DNA from: Trichomonas gallinae
Lineage: Eukaryota
NCBI GenBank assembly: GCA_008369845.1
Contig: MRSU01007220.1
Location: 1 to 60,492 of the forward strand
DNA length: 60,492 nt
Reading direction: 5' to 3'
The notes under the pieces are model-generated. The model worked only from the letters and a program-made list of their open reading frames with translations, made no database searches and was not told where the DNA came from. Shown here one piece after another: positions 33,514 to 44,934 of this stretch. Numbering within the stretch: position 1 is the stretch's first letter; each line of letters opens with the position of its first letter. The position numbers were made by a program, and so were the translations under genes.

Positions 33514-34536
33514 CTCGATATTTTGTTTTTGTGTTCTGTTCCTGTGTCTGAACTACGCTTTATTCATAATGATGATAATGTCTGGAACCATTATATTGGC
33601 GAGGATGTCAACTATACATCTTACAGCAATATCCAAAAAACGAGAATCAATGAGTCAGGGAATATATATGTTTTCCTTGCATCATTCATCAATCTTGGGC
33701 CAGAAGGATCAATTAGAATTACAAATGATGCTGCGAAAAATGTTTTAATATCTGAATCTCTCTTTAAAAACTCTTACTCATTAGAAGATGGTGGATCCAT
33801 CTACGTTAAAGGTGGAGCCTGCATACAATATCATATTTGTAGCATAGACTCTAAAAATCAAAAAGAAAAAACATATGGAAGTCATTCATCCGTTGATACA
33901 AGTAAAGAAAATTATATTATTGGAAGTTCTATTTCGGAATGCGCAGGATCAAGTAGTTGTTTAAGCATTAGTTCTGGAAGTCAACTCATTGACTCCACAA
34001 ATATTTCGTACTCAATATGCGATTCCAACACTGCTTATTTTGTCTATGGAGTTCAATTATCTATAATAAATTTCACTTCAATCTATAACAACACAGCTGA
34101 CACCCAATGTGTCATACTTCACAAGTCTCAACTTCAGTATTTCTTTCGCTGTAATGTTATTAAAAACACATTAAACAATAATTCAAATAGCTATGGGATT
34201 GTTGCTGCAATAAGTGATCCTTGTAATATCAGTTCGAGTGTTTTCTCTTTAAATACTGGTAAGTCTTTGTTCTTCAATCTTAATGGTTATTTTTATGTTA
34301 CAAATTGTTTTTATGATGACAATAATGATGTTATTAAAACAACAAGTGGTGATTATGTTCGACTTATCCCAACCAGTCGATTTGATCTGGGATTTTCTCA
34401 TTTCTCTACAGAAAATTGTGTTCGGATGCGTCTTAAAAATTATCTTTTTGATCTTGGCGAAAACACAATAAAATTATATTTTGAGGAATTCATATTTTTC
34501 ATATCTAATAAATTAAGTTTAATTACAGGCGAATAA
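33514..34536 (+). CDS. Cys/Ser/Asn-rich beta-helix-like family member B; intact frame with no N-terminal ATG
   Basis: Frame is open from the TAA at 33511 to TAA 34536. Motifs VWNHYI, GGSIY, QYHIC, YGSHS, SSISEC, SHFSTENC. The only Met lies about 35 codons from the end. Confidence 0.65.
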   Translation, partial: LDILFLCSVPVSELRFIHNDDNVWNHYIGEDVNYTSYSNIQKTRINESGNIYVFLASFINLGPEGSIRITNDAAKNVLISESLFKNSYSLEDGGSIYVKGGACIQYHICSIDSKNQKEKTYGSHSSVDTSKENYIIGSSISECAGSSSCLSISSGSQLIDSTNISYSICDSNTAYFVYGVQLSIINFTSIYNNTADTQCVILHKSQLQYFFRCNVIKNTLNNNSNSYGIVAAISDPCNISSSVFSLNTGKSLFFNLNGYFYVTNCFYDDNNDVIKTTSGDYVRLIPTSRFDLGFSHFSTENCVRMRLKNYLFDLGENTIKLYFEEFIFFISNKLSLITGE

Positions 34537-34968
34537 AAATATGAATGTTTTTGTCATCATATGAATTTTCATAATGATTCTGCTTATTTCTTACCATGAC
34601 TGATTAATGCAGTGCTATCGTTTGAATACTAACGATTATCATTGGAAGCTTGCTGTCAAGCTTGCCGGTCTTTCCTGTATGATATTATTTATAGATGTGT
34701 ATGAAGAATTCATCAAATGCTCTTCGGTAATTTGAAAAAATACTAACGATTATCCTATTACTACAAGAATACTATGATCATCAACAGCGCATCGAGCTTG
34801 GATGCACATTATATAGACAAAATTTAACTTTGTGATGCATTTAGTATGAACGCATCGGCAAGAATTGTTATGTTTGTTCATCATAGCTATTTATTATGTC
34901 GCAATCACGCAGTCAATAATAATCTTATTTCTATGAATGAGATTGCATTTTTGTTGTGTCAATTCTAA

Positions 34969-35064
34969 AATCAATTCAGAGCCATGAATCAAGGTTCGCT
35001 TGGCTATTTAAATAGTACTTAATAGACGATTTCCAGAAAGTAAATAGATGCTGAATCGCTTGAT
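34969..35064 (-). pseudogene. 96-bp copy of an internal segment of the DnaJ-Trx gene (32273-32365)
   Basis: Same orientation as the source; about 5 substitutions plus one 3-nt insertion. Confidence 0.9.
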
Positions 35065-35425
35065 TCATTAGTTTATCATGAATAAACATTATTATTGGTC
35101 TTTCATTAAGATTCTTCTCGATTGACATCTATTGACCCTGTTACTACAACACCGCAAAGTTTAGCCAGCTCGATATAAGCGAATGATTAACTAAACATCG
35201 ACTTTTATTGGCTCAAGATCAAAAATCTCTGCCAACAATGACTCTTTATAATATCCTGAAGAGCTATTGTAAAATAAGCCAATATTTTAAATTTGAGTTG
35301 CTAAATATAAGGATTTTTGTATATGTTGTATTACTAAAAGTGAAATATATAAAGAGCATATTCTATATCAAAGCAAAATGGAAGAAAAAAAGAGAGCTCA
35401 AATAATAAGGTTATTAAAAATTTTA

Positions 35426-36655
35426 ATGAGTTTTGGTAGTAGTTCGTCTGCTTTTGGAAATTCCGCTTTTGGAAGCTCTGGCTTTGGAAGCACTACAGCG
35501 TCATCAACCGCTGGATCTGCTTTTGGAAATTCCGCTTTTGGAAAATCTGCAACAACAACTACAACTACAACAGGATTTGGTGCAACAGCGTCAAATCAAG
35601 CAGCCCAAGTTTCCGAATTCGTTGCAACAGATCCAAATTGCCAATGGATGAAGAATTTTGCAGAAGCACAAAGCAAAGACTCGAATATTAACTCGTTTGA
35701 ATTTGGTAAAGTTGATCAAGAGCCCGCAAAAGGTGTCACAAAGCAAACTTTTCCGCATATTATTAATGAAGCCAAATTTAAAGATTTCTCTCTTGATGAA
35801 ATTAGACTTTTGGATTACATCGCAAACAAGGCAATTTCTATCGATGCTTCATTTAAATTCGGCGAAGAAGACGTCAAGACGAAACAACCTTCATATGGCA
35901 TGAATAAAACCACAGGCTTCGGCTCTACAACATCTACAATGGGCACTGCTGCTAAAGCAGGCTTTGGACAAGCGTCAACAATCAAAATGGTTAATTTTCC
36001 AAAAGAAGGCTTCTTCCCTAAACCAGAAGATTATATTCCTGAATCTTCAGCGAAATACTTCATCCCATCATATCATAATTATAACAGCAAACTCGAAACA
36101 AATACATTAGGCCTTGGAGCGGGAAATTTATATCGCGATGTTACTGAATCAAAAGACTATTCATCGTTATTTGAAAATAAAGTTCCGGATACAGACATAC
36201 CTGTTGAATATACACCATCGCAATCAATTGAAGTCAAAACTATCAATCCAACGAAAAATATAAGTAATCAAGGAATTAAGATTATGGATAATGTCATATT
36301 CTACACAGAGAATGGTGTAGCTTCGATTTCTCTGTTTATGCCGGACAAAATTCAGAATGATGCTGAGTATTTCCGGATTCGCGCTTCAGACTGTTGTGTT
36401 GATTTCGCAAACAGTGTAAAACCAAACCAGTACCAATACGCAATCGTTACATTATACGGTGTTTGGCCAAAGGATGAATTTGGTGTAAGATCACCGAAAT
36501 CAGATGTTGAAGAATACAAAGCCACACTTATGAATTACTGTAACGTGTATGGACTCACATTCCTCGAATATAATGAAGAAATCGGACTTTTCCAATTTAT
36601 GACTGAATTTCCAATTATCAACGGAAAGATGATGACAAACTACGAAATTCCGTAA
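35426..36655 (+). CDS. Nup98/Nup116-like FG nucleoporin
   Basis: SAFG/GFG repeats, GLEBS-like FKDFSLDEIRLLDY, C-terminal AIVTLYGVWP...FLEYNEEIGLFQF resembling the Nup98 autoproteolytic-domain fold. Start placed at ATG 35426. Confidence 0.8.
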   Translation: MSFGSSSSAFGNSAFGSSGFGSTTASSTAGSAFGNSAFGKSATTTTTTTGFGATASNQAAQVSEFVATDPNCQWMKNFAEAQSKDSNINSFEFGKVDQEPAKGVTKQTFPHIINEAKFKDFSLDEIRLLDYIANKAISIDASFKFGEEDVKTKQPSYGMNKTTGFGSTTSTMGTAAKAGFGQASTIKMVNFPKEGFFPKPEDYIPESSAKYFIPSYHNYNSKLETNTLGLGAGNLYRDVTESKDYSSLFENKVPDTDIPVEYTPSQSIEVKTINPTKNISNQGIKIMDNVIFYTENGVASISLFMPDKIQNDAEYFRIRASDCCVDFANSVKPNQYQYAIVTLYGVWPKDEFGVRSPKSDVEEYKATLMNYCNVYGLTFLEYNEEIGLFQFMTEFPIINGKMMTNYEIP

Positions 36656-37013
36656 AGAAAATATAGATTATGTTCATTTTAAAAGAATAAAGATAGATTT
36701 TGTTTTAAATATATTTATCAACATTTAAAAATAAGCACAACTTTAATATTATGCATTTTATCAAGATTTATCATATTATACAAAACTTAATGCTTTCATT
36801 TTATCAAAATATTATAAGTATTATGTTAATCTATGCACAATGGATATAAACAAGATGAGCTTTATTATTTTGAGATATATTTTGTTAACAAAACTTATCT
36901 TCTTTAATATTATGAATTTGATATCTTGATTTCTAAGTTATAATCAATAATCGTGATAGTAATGCATATATTTCAATATAGAAATTACACAATTGGCATG
37001 TATACTATATGAA

Positions 37014-37125
37014 ATATTTGTTGTTGATCAATGTTTTCTTGATAATAATGATATTGATGAAAAACCAACTTGTTCTCAATATTTCTCATATCTCAGCAAA
37101 AAAGCGTGATGCTTATTTCCCTCTA
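37014..37125 (+). pseudogene. Decayed 3' fragment of the Cys/Ser/Asn-rich family
   Basis: IFVVDQCFLDNNDIDEK, then a frameshift to LVLNISHISAKKRDAYFP. Compare FYVTNCFYDDNND (member B) and LQHLSTKECDAEFP (member C). Confidence 0.6.
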
Positions 37126-37349
37126 ATTCTTCGTTATAATATCCAAAATCAGTTAAAAAGGTCATATCCAAATCCTCATTATTTTCTTGTTCTCATTCTG
37201 AATAAAGTCAAAATCTTTAAAATTTACGTGTCATTAATCCTATTTTACATCTGACATATCAAATTTGTGATTTACATGTCAAATATAATGATTTACATGT
37301 CGTAAATTATTTACAAAATCCCGCGTGATTGATGTCACTTTTATTCAGT

Positions 37350-38651
37350 ATGAAAAGAAACAAAAAAGAAGAAGATGGCAAGATTAAATGCTCAATATGC
37401 GGGCGCGAAATATCTAACGAGCGCTATGTCCGATGTACGCGTTGTATTTCTGCAATTGAGTGTTTAGAATGTTATTCAGTTGAATGCGATTGCGAGCCAC
37501 CTTCGGACCAAAAGGATTTAAACAGATGCTATCACCAATTTATGCTTATGGACCCCAACCCGCAGCCAATATTTCGATCTGACTGGGATAGTAACGATGA
37601 AATAATATTACTGAATTGCGTTCGTTTACTTGGTGTAGGCAACTGGGAAACAATAGCAGAATGGCTGAAACCAAGAACGGCTGCAGAAATTGAAGCGCAT
37701 TACATGCAAACTTATATTTTATCAGAAACAAGCCCATTCCCGGATCCAACAGTCCATGATCCAGCAGTTGTTCCTCCTCCGCCTACATATAATACAAAGC
37801 CGCAAGAATCATATCCATCAGAAGGTCACCAAAAACATCTAAGTCAAAAGAATAAGAAAGAAGCTACAAATCCAGCTGAATATTCCGGTTGGATGCCATA
37901 TCGCCACGAATTTGATATCGAATACAACAACGAAGCTGAAGAACTTGTCGCAAAAATTGAATTTAACGACGAAACACAGCAATCATTCGAAGAAAAAATC
38001 AACTTTTTACAGTCTTACAACATCCAGTTACGAGAAAGACACGCAAGAATTAAAGTTATTGAAGATTGGGATGTCCACCATCTTGAACAGCGCGGACAGT
38101 CCAAGTCAGACAACGATTTAGAGACCAGGCTTCTCGGAGCAACCACTCGCGAACAGAAAGAGTTTGATTCTAAACTCATCCCTCTTATGCAATATATGAA
38201 GAAAGAAGACATCCAAAGAATTACACAGGACACTCACGAGCTTCTCCAACTCTCAGACCAGATAGAGAGGTGCCAGAAGTGGCAGGAATACGGTGTGCAC
38301 AGCACAGCTGAAGGTTTACTGTTCGACACGCTCGAATCTTGTCATCACGACGGGAAAATGACGAATGCTGATGTTGAAACATGGAATAGATCCATTGAAA
38401 ACTTCAATCGCAAGAATAAGAGAGATTTAGCGCCAGAATTGGAATTACTTTCGCAAAATGAAATTGAACTTTGTAATTCAGAAGGAATCAACACTAAAAT
38501 GTACTTCGCTATTAAGGATCTGCTCCTTAGAGAGTATGAAGTCCGTGGTGGACTTTCTCTAGAAGAAGTTAATGGTTTTGCACCGAATTATGCTCATGCA
38601 ATTATTCCTGTTTATAAGTTCCTCATTGCACATGGATACATATACGAATAA
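37350..38651 (+). CDS. ADA2: Transcriptional adaptor Ada2 (ZZ finger, SANT, SWIRM)
   Basis: CSIC...CTRC...CLEC, DWDSNDEIILL...GVGNWETIA, GWMPYRHEFDIEYNNEAE, SWIRM-like C-terminus. Start at ATG 37350 after a TCACT Inr at 37335. Confidence 0.92.
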   Translation: MKRNKKEEDGKIKCSICGREISNERYVRCTRCISAIECLECYSVECDCEPPSDQKDLNRCYHQFMLMDPNPQPIFRSDWDSNDEIILLNCVRLLGVGNWETIAEWLKPRTAAEIEAHYMQTYILSETSPFPDPTVHDPAVVPPPPTYNTKPQESYPSEGHQKHLSQKNKKEATNPAEYSGWMPYRHEFDIEYNNEAEELVAKIEFNDETQQSFEEKINFLQSYNIQLRERHARIKVIEDWDVHHLEQRGQSKSDNDLETRLLGATTREQKEFDSKLIPLMQYMKKEDIQRITQDTHELLQLSDQIERCQKWQEYGVHSTAEGLLFDTLESCHHDGKMTNADVETWNRSIENFNRKNKRDLAPELELLSQNEIELCNSEGINTKMYFAIKDLLLREYEVRGGLSLEEVNGFAPNYAHAIIPVYKFLIAHGYIYE

Positions 38652-39264
38652 ATGTTTTGATTCTTTGTTAATATGAATCCTTATCGAATCTATTTAGCTC
38701 TAAATTTTGATTTAAAAGTTATATCATTATTGCAAGGCGAAACATATAAAGTTATGATATAATGTCAGACCACATAATAAAATCTATTATAAAAACACAT
38801 AATGATACTATTTGTTTGAAATTTTAAAAATTGAAAGACGAAATATATGAATTGAGGATAAAACTATAATGTAGCAAAAGAATATATTACAAATCATAAT
38901 TTATTTTAGTTAGAAATCAAATTGAAAGTTTGATAAAAAATAATTATGAAGAAAAATGACGCATTCGTATGGAATTATAATATATTTTTAAAACAGTTTA
39001 CAACAACAATATCTAAAAGTTAAATTAAAGAATATATAAGAAATAACAAATATATTTTTGTAATGATCAGAACAATAAGTCTCAATGATTCATTTTCATT
39101 ATACTATTATGTATTTTTGTATTAGTATTAATCTTTTGTGAAAAAAAATTATCATTCCCAAATTAAATAATGTGTGGCATTGTATTATATGCAGTACATG
39201 TGTATATCGCTGACATTGTCTTAATAAGCAATGGAATGTTGAGATGAATGAATGATTCTAGAAT

Positions 39265-39726
39265 TTATAGCTCAACTGTCTCATTGAGGACTTCAAATGG
39301 TAAATGTGGTGATAAGCTATTTTCAGGCAGATCCATATCCAGCAACTTTTTGATCTTTCGGTTAATTTTATCAATTCTAAATTTTGCGATATCATTTTCA
39401 CTTCTTGGAATATGAACAAATGTTTTCTGGCATTTTTTGTCCAGAAGATCGCACATTACTGATATCAATGCGCGCGGTCCGTTAAATTCTTTACCGTTTT
39501 CCCAGATTTGATGAATATCTTGCTTCCATTCATCAATATTCTTGTATTCTTGATTTTCAAGCTTGCTTTTAACTGTAGATAAATCCATTGGATTTTTAAT
39601 TAAGTTAAAATAAGCTTCTGACCATGCTTCGTTCTTAGGAATTGGTTTAGAAAATTCTATGCAAAGAGGATGTTCGAGGAGTTTGTTCGTCCATTTAACT
39701 GCAAACTCATACTCTAGGCTATTCAT
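39265..39726 (-). CDS. Single-bromodomain protein
   Basis: EFSKP...YFNLIKNPMDLSTVKSKL...Y...WKQDIHQIWENGKEFNG, with the conserved Asn present. Confidence 0.92.
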   Translation of the reverse strand: MNSLEYEFAVKWTNKLLEHPLCIEFSKPIPKNEAWSEAYFNLIKNPMDLSTVKSKLENQEYKNIDEWKQDIHQIWENGKEFNGPRALISVMCDLLDKKCQKTFVHIPRSENDIAKFRIDKINRKIKKLLDMDLPENSLSPHLPFEVLNETVEL

Positions 39727-40515
39727 TATTATTATTATTCATGTCACATGTCACTACACTAAAAATTTTCTCAATTTCGATATTTTAAACTTGAAAACTA
39801 CTATACTAGTCTATTATGAGCTATTGCATAAATATCAAGACTCTAACTACATAATTTGCAAATGTTAATTTTAATACTTCATATAGATGCCATTCTTTTC
39901 TACTCATTATATTTGAGCTATTAAATAAAGATCACGCTTCATATAATAAAACATATTCTGGAAATCAAAGAATTTTGAATGTTTATTGTATATCTATAAT
40001 ACATATAACTATAATTTCACTTTTTGCCATATAAAATCTGTTTAATCAAGTATGTATTTACTTCAATTAAATTCAAAACAGTATTTTTTGACTCATGAGG
40101 AGATGTATCAACTAAGCATGCATTGTTTCACTTTTTACATATAGAAATAAGTCATACTTTAAGTCTATAAGAGTCCAATTAAGAACAAAGATTTTAACCT
40201 CAATACTGTATGATCCGTAATGAATGGCTCAAATAAATTCAAATAAATATCACAGTACACTATCAGGACCAAAATTGAAAATTTGAATAAAAATATTCTT
40301 TCTAAAAAACAAAATTTTGAAGATGTTTAGATTTTATTGTTTATAATATGTGTATTTATAATGAAATTTTAGATACACATCACTTGTTTATTGATTTTAT
40401 TGGATTTTTTGATTTTCTCGTTTCTCGATTGATTTGTGACCTATAGGCTGATCTCTTTTCGAACGAAACAACTATAAAATTGTTGTAAATAAGATTCAAA
40501 AAAAAAATTTATAAA

Positions 40516-41619
40516 ATGTCTGCGTCCGATTTTGTCCTTCAGAACTATGAAAATATTTTCAAAATGCAGCCCGAGGATGTCCCGGTGCTCGGGGAGAAGG
40601 TTCTAATTCCTCGATTTCCAAAAGATGTTATATCAAAATTATGCGACGATGCAAAAACCTTACTACAGAACTATCCGCCATTAAGGAAAATCGATAAAAC
40701 AGTAGTTGTTGTTGGTGATTTGCATGGAAATCTGCATGATTTAGTCAGAATTCTTTTAATCAATGGTCTACCACCAAAAACTAACTATTTGTTTTTAGGA
40801 GATACGGTTGACAGAGGTGATTTTTCCATAGAGGTAGTTACTTTATTATTAGCTTTGCATAATAGTTTTATTGACAATGTTACGATACTCCGCGGAAATC
40901 ACGAATATCCAGACATCAACGAGAAATTCGGATTTAAAGAGAGTGTCAATGCTCAGTACGGCGATGCAACTCTCTGGGAAAAATTTAACGAGGTTTTTTC
41001 TTATCTACCAATTTCGGCTGTAATTCACCAGCACATTTTCTGTGTTCACGGTGGAGTATCGCCTCGCTTAAAATCATTACAAGATATCGAACAAATTTCC
41101 TTACCATTAAAAGATTGTCCAGAAATAGTAGCTGATTTGCTCTGGTCGGACCCTGTTGAGGATATTGCAGAATATAGGCCAAGTCTTAGAGGTCTCGGAA
41201 ACGATTATGGTGCTGAAGCTTCAAAAAGATTTCTTGAATTAATTAAATGCGATACGATAATCAGAGGTCATCAGAGCGTCGCTAGTGGAATACAGAAAGC
41301 ACATAACAATTCGGTTATTACCGTTTTTTCATCAAGCAATTATGGACATTTAGATAATGTCGCAGCATATATAACAATAGATCCAAAAACTAAAGAGAAT
41401 ATTATGAACCCTATCACAATACCATCAAGAGAATGCTCGATGTTTTTGAACGTTACAAATCCATCAAATTCATTTTCATCGTCATGTGGCAAAATCCCAA
41501 TTGGTCCTACTTTCGGAAAAGGTGCAGGTAAACCAATCTTAGCTGCAAAACGCTCAGCATTCTCAAAATCTGCTGTCAAAGGTCGCGTCAATAGAAACTC
41601 AATGGGAATACTCTCTTAA
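40516..41619 (+). CDS. PPP-family Ser/Thr protein phosphatase
   Basis: GDLHG, GDTVDRG, LRGNHE, HGG, DLLWSDP, IRGHQ, TVFSSSNY. Confidence 0.95.
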   Translation: MSASDFVLQNYENIFKMQPEDVPVLGEKVLIPRFPKDVISKLCDDAKTLLQNYPPLRKIDKTVVVVGDLHGNLHDLVRILLINGLPPKTNYLFLGDTVDRGDFSIEVVTLLLALHNSFIDNVTILRGNHEYPDINEKFGFKESVNAQYGDATLWEKFNEVFSYLPISAVIHQHIFCVHGGVSPRLKSLQDIEQISLPLKDCPEIVADLLWSDPVEDIAEYRPSLRGLGNDYGAEASKRFLELIKCDTIIRGHQSVASGIQKAHNNSVITVFSSSNYGHLDNVAAYITIDPKTKENIMNPITIPSRECSMFLNVTNPSNSFSSSCGKIPIGPTFGKGAGKPILAAKRSAFSKSAVKGRVNRNSMGILS

Positions 41620-42059
41620 CTTATACATCATAATCTATTTTTGTTATTTCATAAAGTTATTTGTTTGTTTTCTTATCTGATTTTATCTTTCTGTCTTCTC
41701 CAACAAATCTAAGCATTATACTCGCTGTTATTAGCTCTAAACGTTATTTAAATTTTATTTTTGATAACAAAGTTAAAATAATTTTTTGGATTTTTATTTT
41801 TATGCAAAAATTATATTTCATTCTGTTAATAAATCTATTTTACAACATTTTTAATTATAACAAATTTTAAATATTCACATTTTTAACTATAAATTTGTTG
41901 TTTTTTATAAAATATTTTTTATTTTTCTGTAAAATTAGTTATTTTAAAAACTCAAAATTAACCATGATTTATACGACAAAAAGTGAAATATATCTGATAA
42001 TGAATATAAATATCAAACAAAACAAAAATAGAAAACATTCCGATTTTTTTCATAAAAAA

Positions 42060-42767
42060 ATGATACCTGATGAGTTAGAATTTATTACAACACCACAAAA
42101 CAATCCAGCACCAAGCCAAGGCATAAACGATCCACCTCCGCAGACCCGCCCCCAAATATATCAGCCGCAAAACGTATACTATTCCACAGATAATTCTCGA
42201 GTTAATCATACAGTTGGCGAATATGCATCAATTTGGCATGGTGGTTTCCCAGGAGAGCCATCGTTATTCGAAGAGCTCGGTATTCACAACTCAGATGTCA
42301 AAGCTAGCTTGAAATCAATTCTCAATCCAAAGAAAGTTCCTAGGAATGTTGACAGCAACTTTTTGATTAGCATTTTATTCTTCATTGCTTATGCATTTCT
42401 CCTTTTATTCCTCGGCAAACCACGTTTCGGCTTAGTTTACATGGTTGCTGTTGTTGGATGCAGCATTCTCTATTTTGCATTCCATAATATGGCATTAGCA
42501 GCTTCTCCTGAAAATGAATTCACCGTTTCTATCCTTGTAAGTGCTGTTGCTTACTGCTTACCACCACTTGTTCCAGTTTTAGTCATTTCTCGCCTTTTCA
42601 AGCTTCGCATTTTTACAATAACTATCTTCTCCATTCCATTTGTTTCATGGTCATCGTATTGCAGCGGAAGATATCTTTTACCACTAACAAAAGTATCTAG
42701 TATTGAGCTTCTTGTCGTTCCACTTTATCTTTTCTACTCATACTTGTTATTGTTGCCTCTTATTTAA
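42060..42767 (+). CDS. YIP1: Yip1-family Golgi/ER membrane protein (YIPF5/7-like)
   Basis: EPSLFEELGI motif, GKPRFGLVY, AYCLPPLV, five hydrophobic segments. Start placed at ATG 42060. Confidence 0.85.
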   Translation: MIPDELEFITTPQNNPAPSQGINDPPPQTRPQIYQPQNVYYSTDNSRVNHTVGEYASIWHGGFPGEPSLFEELGIHNSDVKASLKSILNPKKVPRNVDSNFLISILFFIAYAFLLLFLGKPRFGLVYMVAVVGCSILYFAFHNMALAASPENEFTVSILVSAVAYCLPPLVPVLVISRLFKLRIFTITIFSIPFVSWSSYCSGRYLLPLTKVSSIELLVVPLYLFYSYLLLLPLI

Positions 42768-43035
42768 GCTGTTTCTGTCTTTTTATAAAACTATATTAAA
42801 TTTATCTTTTTAATCTTTCAATTTTGAAATCCTAAATTGTCAAGACACCCACAATGAACTTCATTATACTCAAATCTTTTAGAAATTATAATTCTTTATT
42901 CATTATATTCTTGATTATCAATTTTGTTATTTCTAATAATCATGTTTCTCTTGCAAATAAAGTGTAATTGTGATGCTATAGCAAAATAATGCGTTTTTCA
43001 TTGTAATGCTCATCATTTTATAGTAAAATTGTAAT

Positions 43036-43450
43036 TGATGCATTTACACATTCAAACATCGAAATTAGATTTGGCTGACCAATGTTAAATGATTTAATAT
43101 TTTGTCTGTAATGATAAAACTTATCTTTTCCTAATGGATTCACTGCTTCACATTCAAATGTAGACAAGAGAGAAAGAGAATTGCAAACACTTGTAGTCTT
43201 AAGTCCTTATGTAGAGTAAACAAATGTATCCGATTGCTGCTTTGTTTCCTTCGAATGTGGAAAAGTTTACTATTCCAACATCTTTCGCATATTTTAGTAT
43301 AGCACCTGAAAAATATGATGCTGTATTCTTAGAAATATTTGAGGAATAAATTCCAATGTTTCCGTAAAAACATTCAATAGTTTTTTCATTATTTTGTCGT
43401 ATACAGTTAGAAATTGAACTTTCGACAACAAAGTTATGTGATCACAGTCA
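43036..43450 (-). pseudogene. Internally deleted, inverted pseudogene closely related to family member A
   Basis: Reverse complement matches ~12738-12972 joined to ~13209-13380 at high nucleotide identity. About 230 bp in between and the whole 5' part are missing. Confidence 0.9.
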
Positions 43451-44934
43451 TTCAATTTAATTTTTATATTATTTCATGATGTAGGTATGTTGAAAAGGTA
43501 TATTATTGCGCTTGTGTGTTTTGAACCAGAAACAGTTAGATCAATCATCAAAAAAATACCAATCATTTTATTTACATATTATTACGATCGAACACATTTT
43601 TAACTTTATACACATTCCATTCACCAAATATATTATAAAAACAACCAAGAAGATGTCATATATTCTAACAATAAATTCTTGGGTCGATCAATGTTTGCAA
43701 GTTTTATTTGTTATTCAATATAATTGTTCTATATGCCATATTATTGGCATAGTAGTGAGAATTTTGATGTATTGTGCGCATATTCTATTGAATTAACCTT
43801 TGCTATTGCAGGCTTTTTGTTATTTTGCAAATTGTTTCAGATTCATCGATATCATTGTTTTCTCATATAGGAATCATTTACACTAGCCCTATTTAGTGAT
43901 ATAATGAGTCTACAAAAGCATTAATGAAAATATTATTTTCGATAACTTACATCAGCTCAAACAATTAAAGATTCAAATGTTATAGATATAGTAAGAATTC
44001 ACAATAAAATGAGGTTTATCCGAGATTTGTTGTGATTTAGAGCAAAGCATAATTTCGCTACGTGTGTTATACCATATACAAGCCATGATTTATATCAGCA
44101 GTAAGATTAAATCATGTTTTGCTGAGTGAATATTTCCAACAAACAGACGATAGAAAAATTGAAATTTAAAATATTGCAAATTTTTTTTGAAAATAATTTT
44201 TAAAATCATATCCACTATATTAGTAAATGATAATATATCGTATCGAAACGTGCACACTATCAAAAATTATGAAAATTGGTCAAATTAGTTCTCATTCACT
44301 TTTACTTCTTTTTACAAATTTCAATTGCCAGATTTTTTAATGTAATAATTTTAACAATCTTATAATGTTTAGCAAAATAATTTTAATAAAAAAACGTGCA
44401 CCAGATATTTTGATAGAAAAAAGAATTTGAATTTACACAATTTTCAAAGTGATAATTTTACTTTCATCTACGAGAAGAACGTAATTTTAATCATTATAAG
44501 TTTATTCATTAATTTTAAATTTTATTTTTCATTTTTGTACAATTGAAATTCAATTCAAATATTTTACATATAATATATGCATACATTATATGATTTCTTT
44601 TCAAAAAAACGTGCAACAAATTTTTTGAATGATATAAAATTTCATTCAATTTTTTTTCTTTTTTTTTTGCCCGGATAATTTTAATCTATATATAAACTAG
44701 ATCAAATATACATCATTTATTATTTTGAATGCAAAAACCACAAAGCAACATTTTTCTTGCATAATCGTAATATATACACAAAATATATCATATTTTTCAG
44801 CATTTTGTTCTTATTCAAATCATGCGGCTCAAAAGTGAATAATTTTTGGGTATCTAATAAATATATAGTTTGAAGGTAATTTTTACCAGGTTTAAGAAAT
44901 TTTTGTGAGTCTTTTTAAATTCATTATTTTTCAA

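Noticed and set aside
34625..34754. Two TACTAAC branch-point-like motifs
   Set aside because: Not followed by the expected nearby AG; they are part of a 16-bp local duplication.
37350..39726. Ada2 next to a bromodomain gene as a SAGA mini-cluster; also the trafficking genes (Snf7, Sec24, Yip1, VPS9, Svp26) as a functional cluster
   Set aside because: These families are expanded in trichomonads and the genes are interspersed or convergent, so chance adjacency is sufficient.
41895..42059. N-terminal extensions in the ORF track (also 15046, 35378, 44905, 6912, 11592)
   Set aside because: They translate AT-rich upstream DNA; downstream ATGs with Inr or poly-A context fit the homologous N-termini better.
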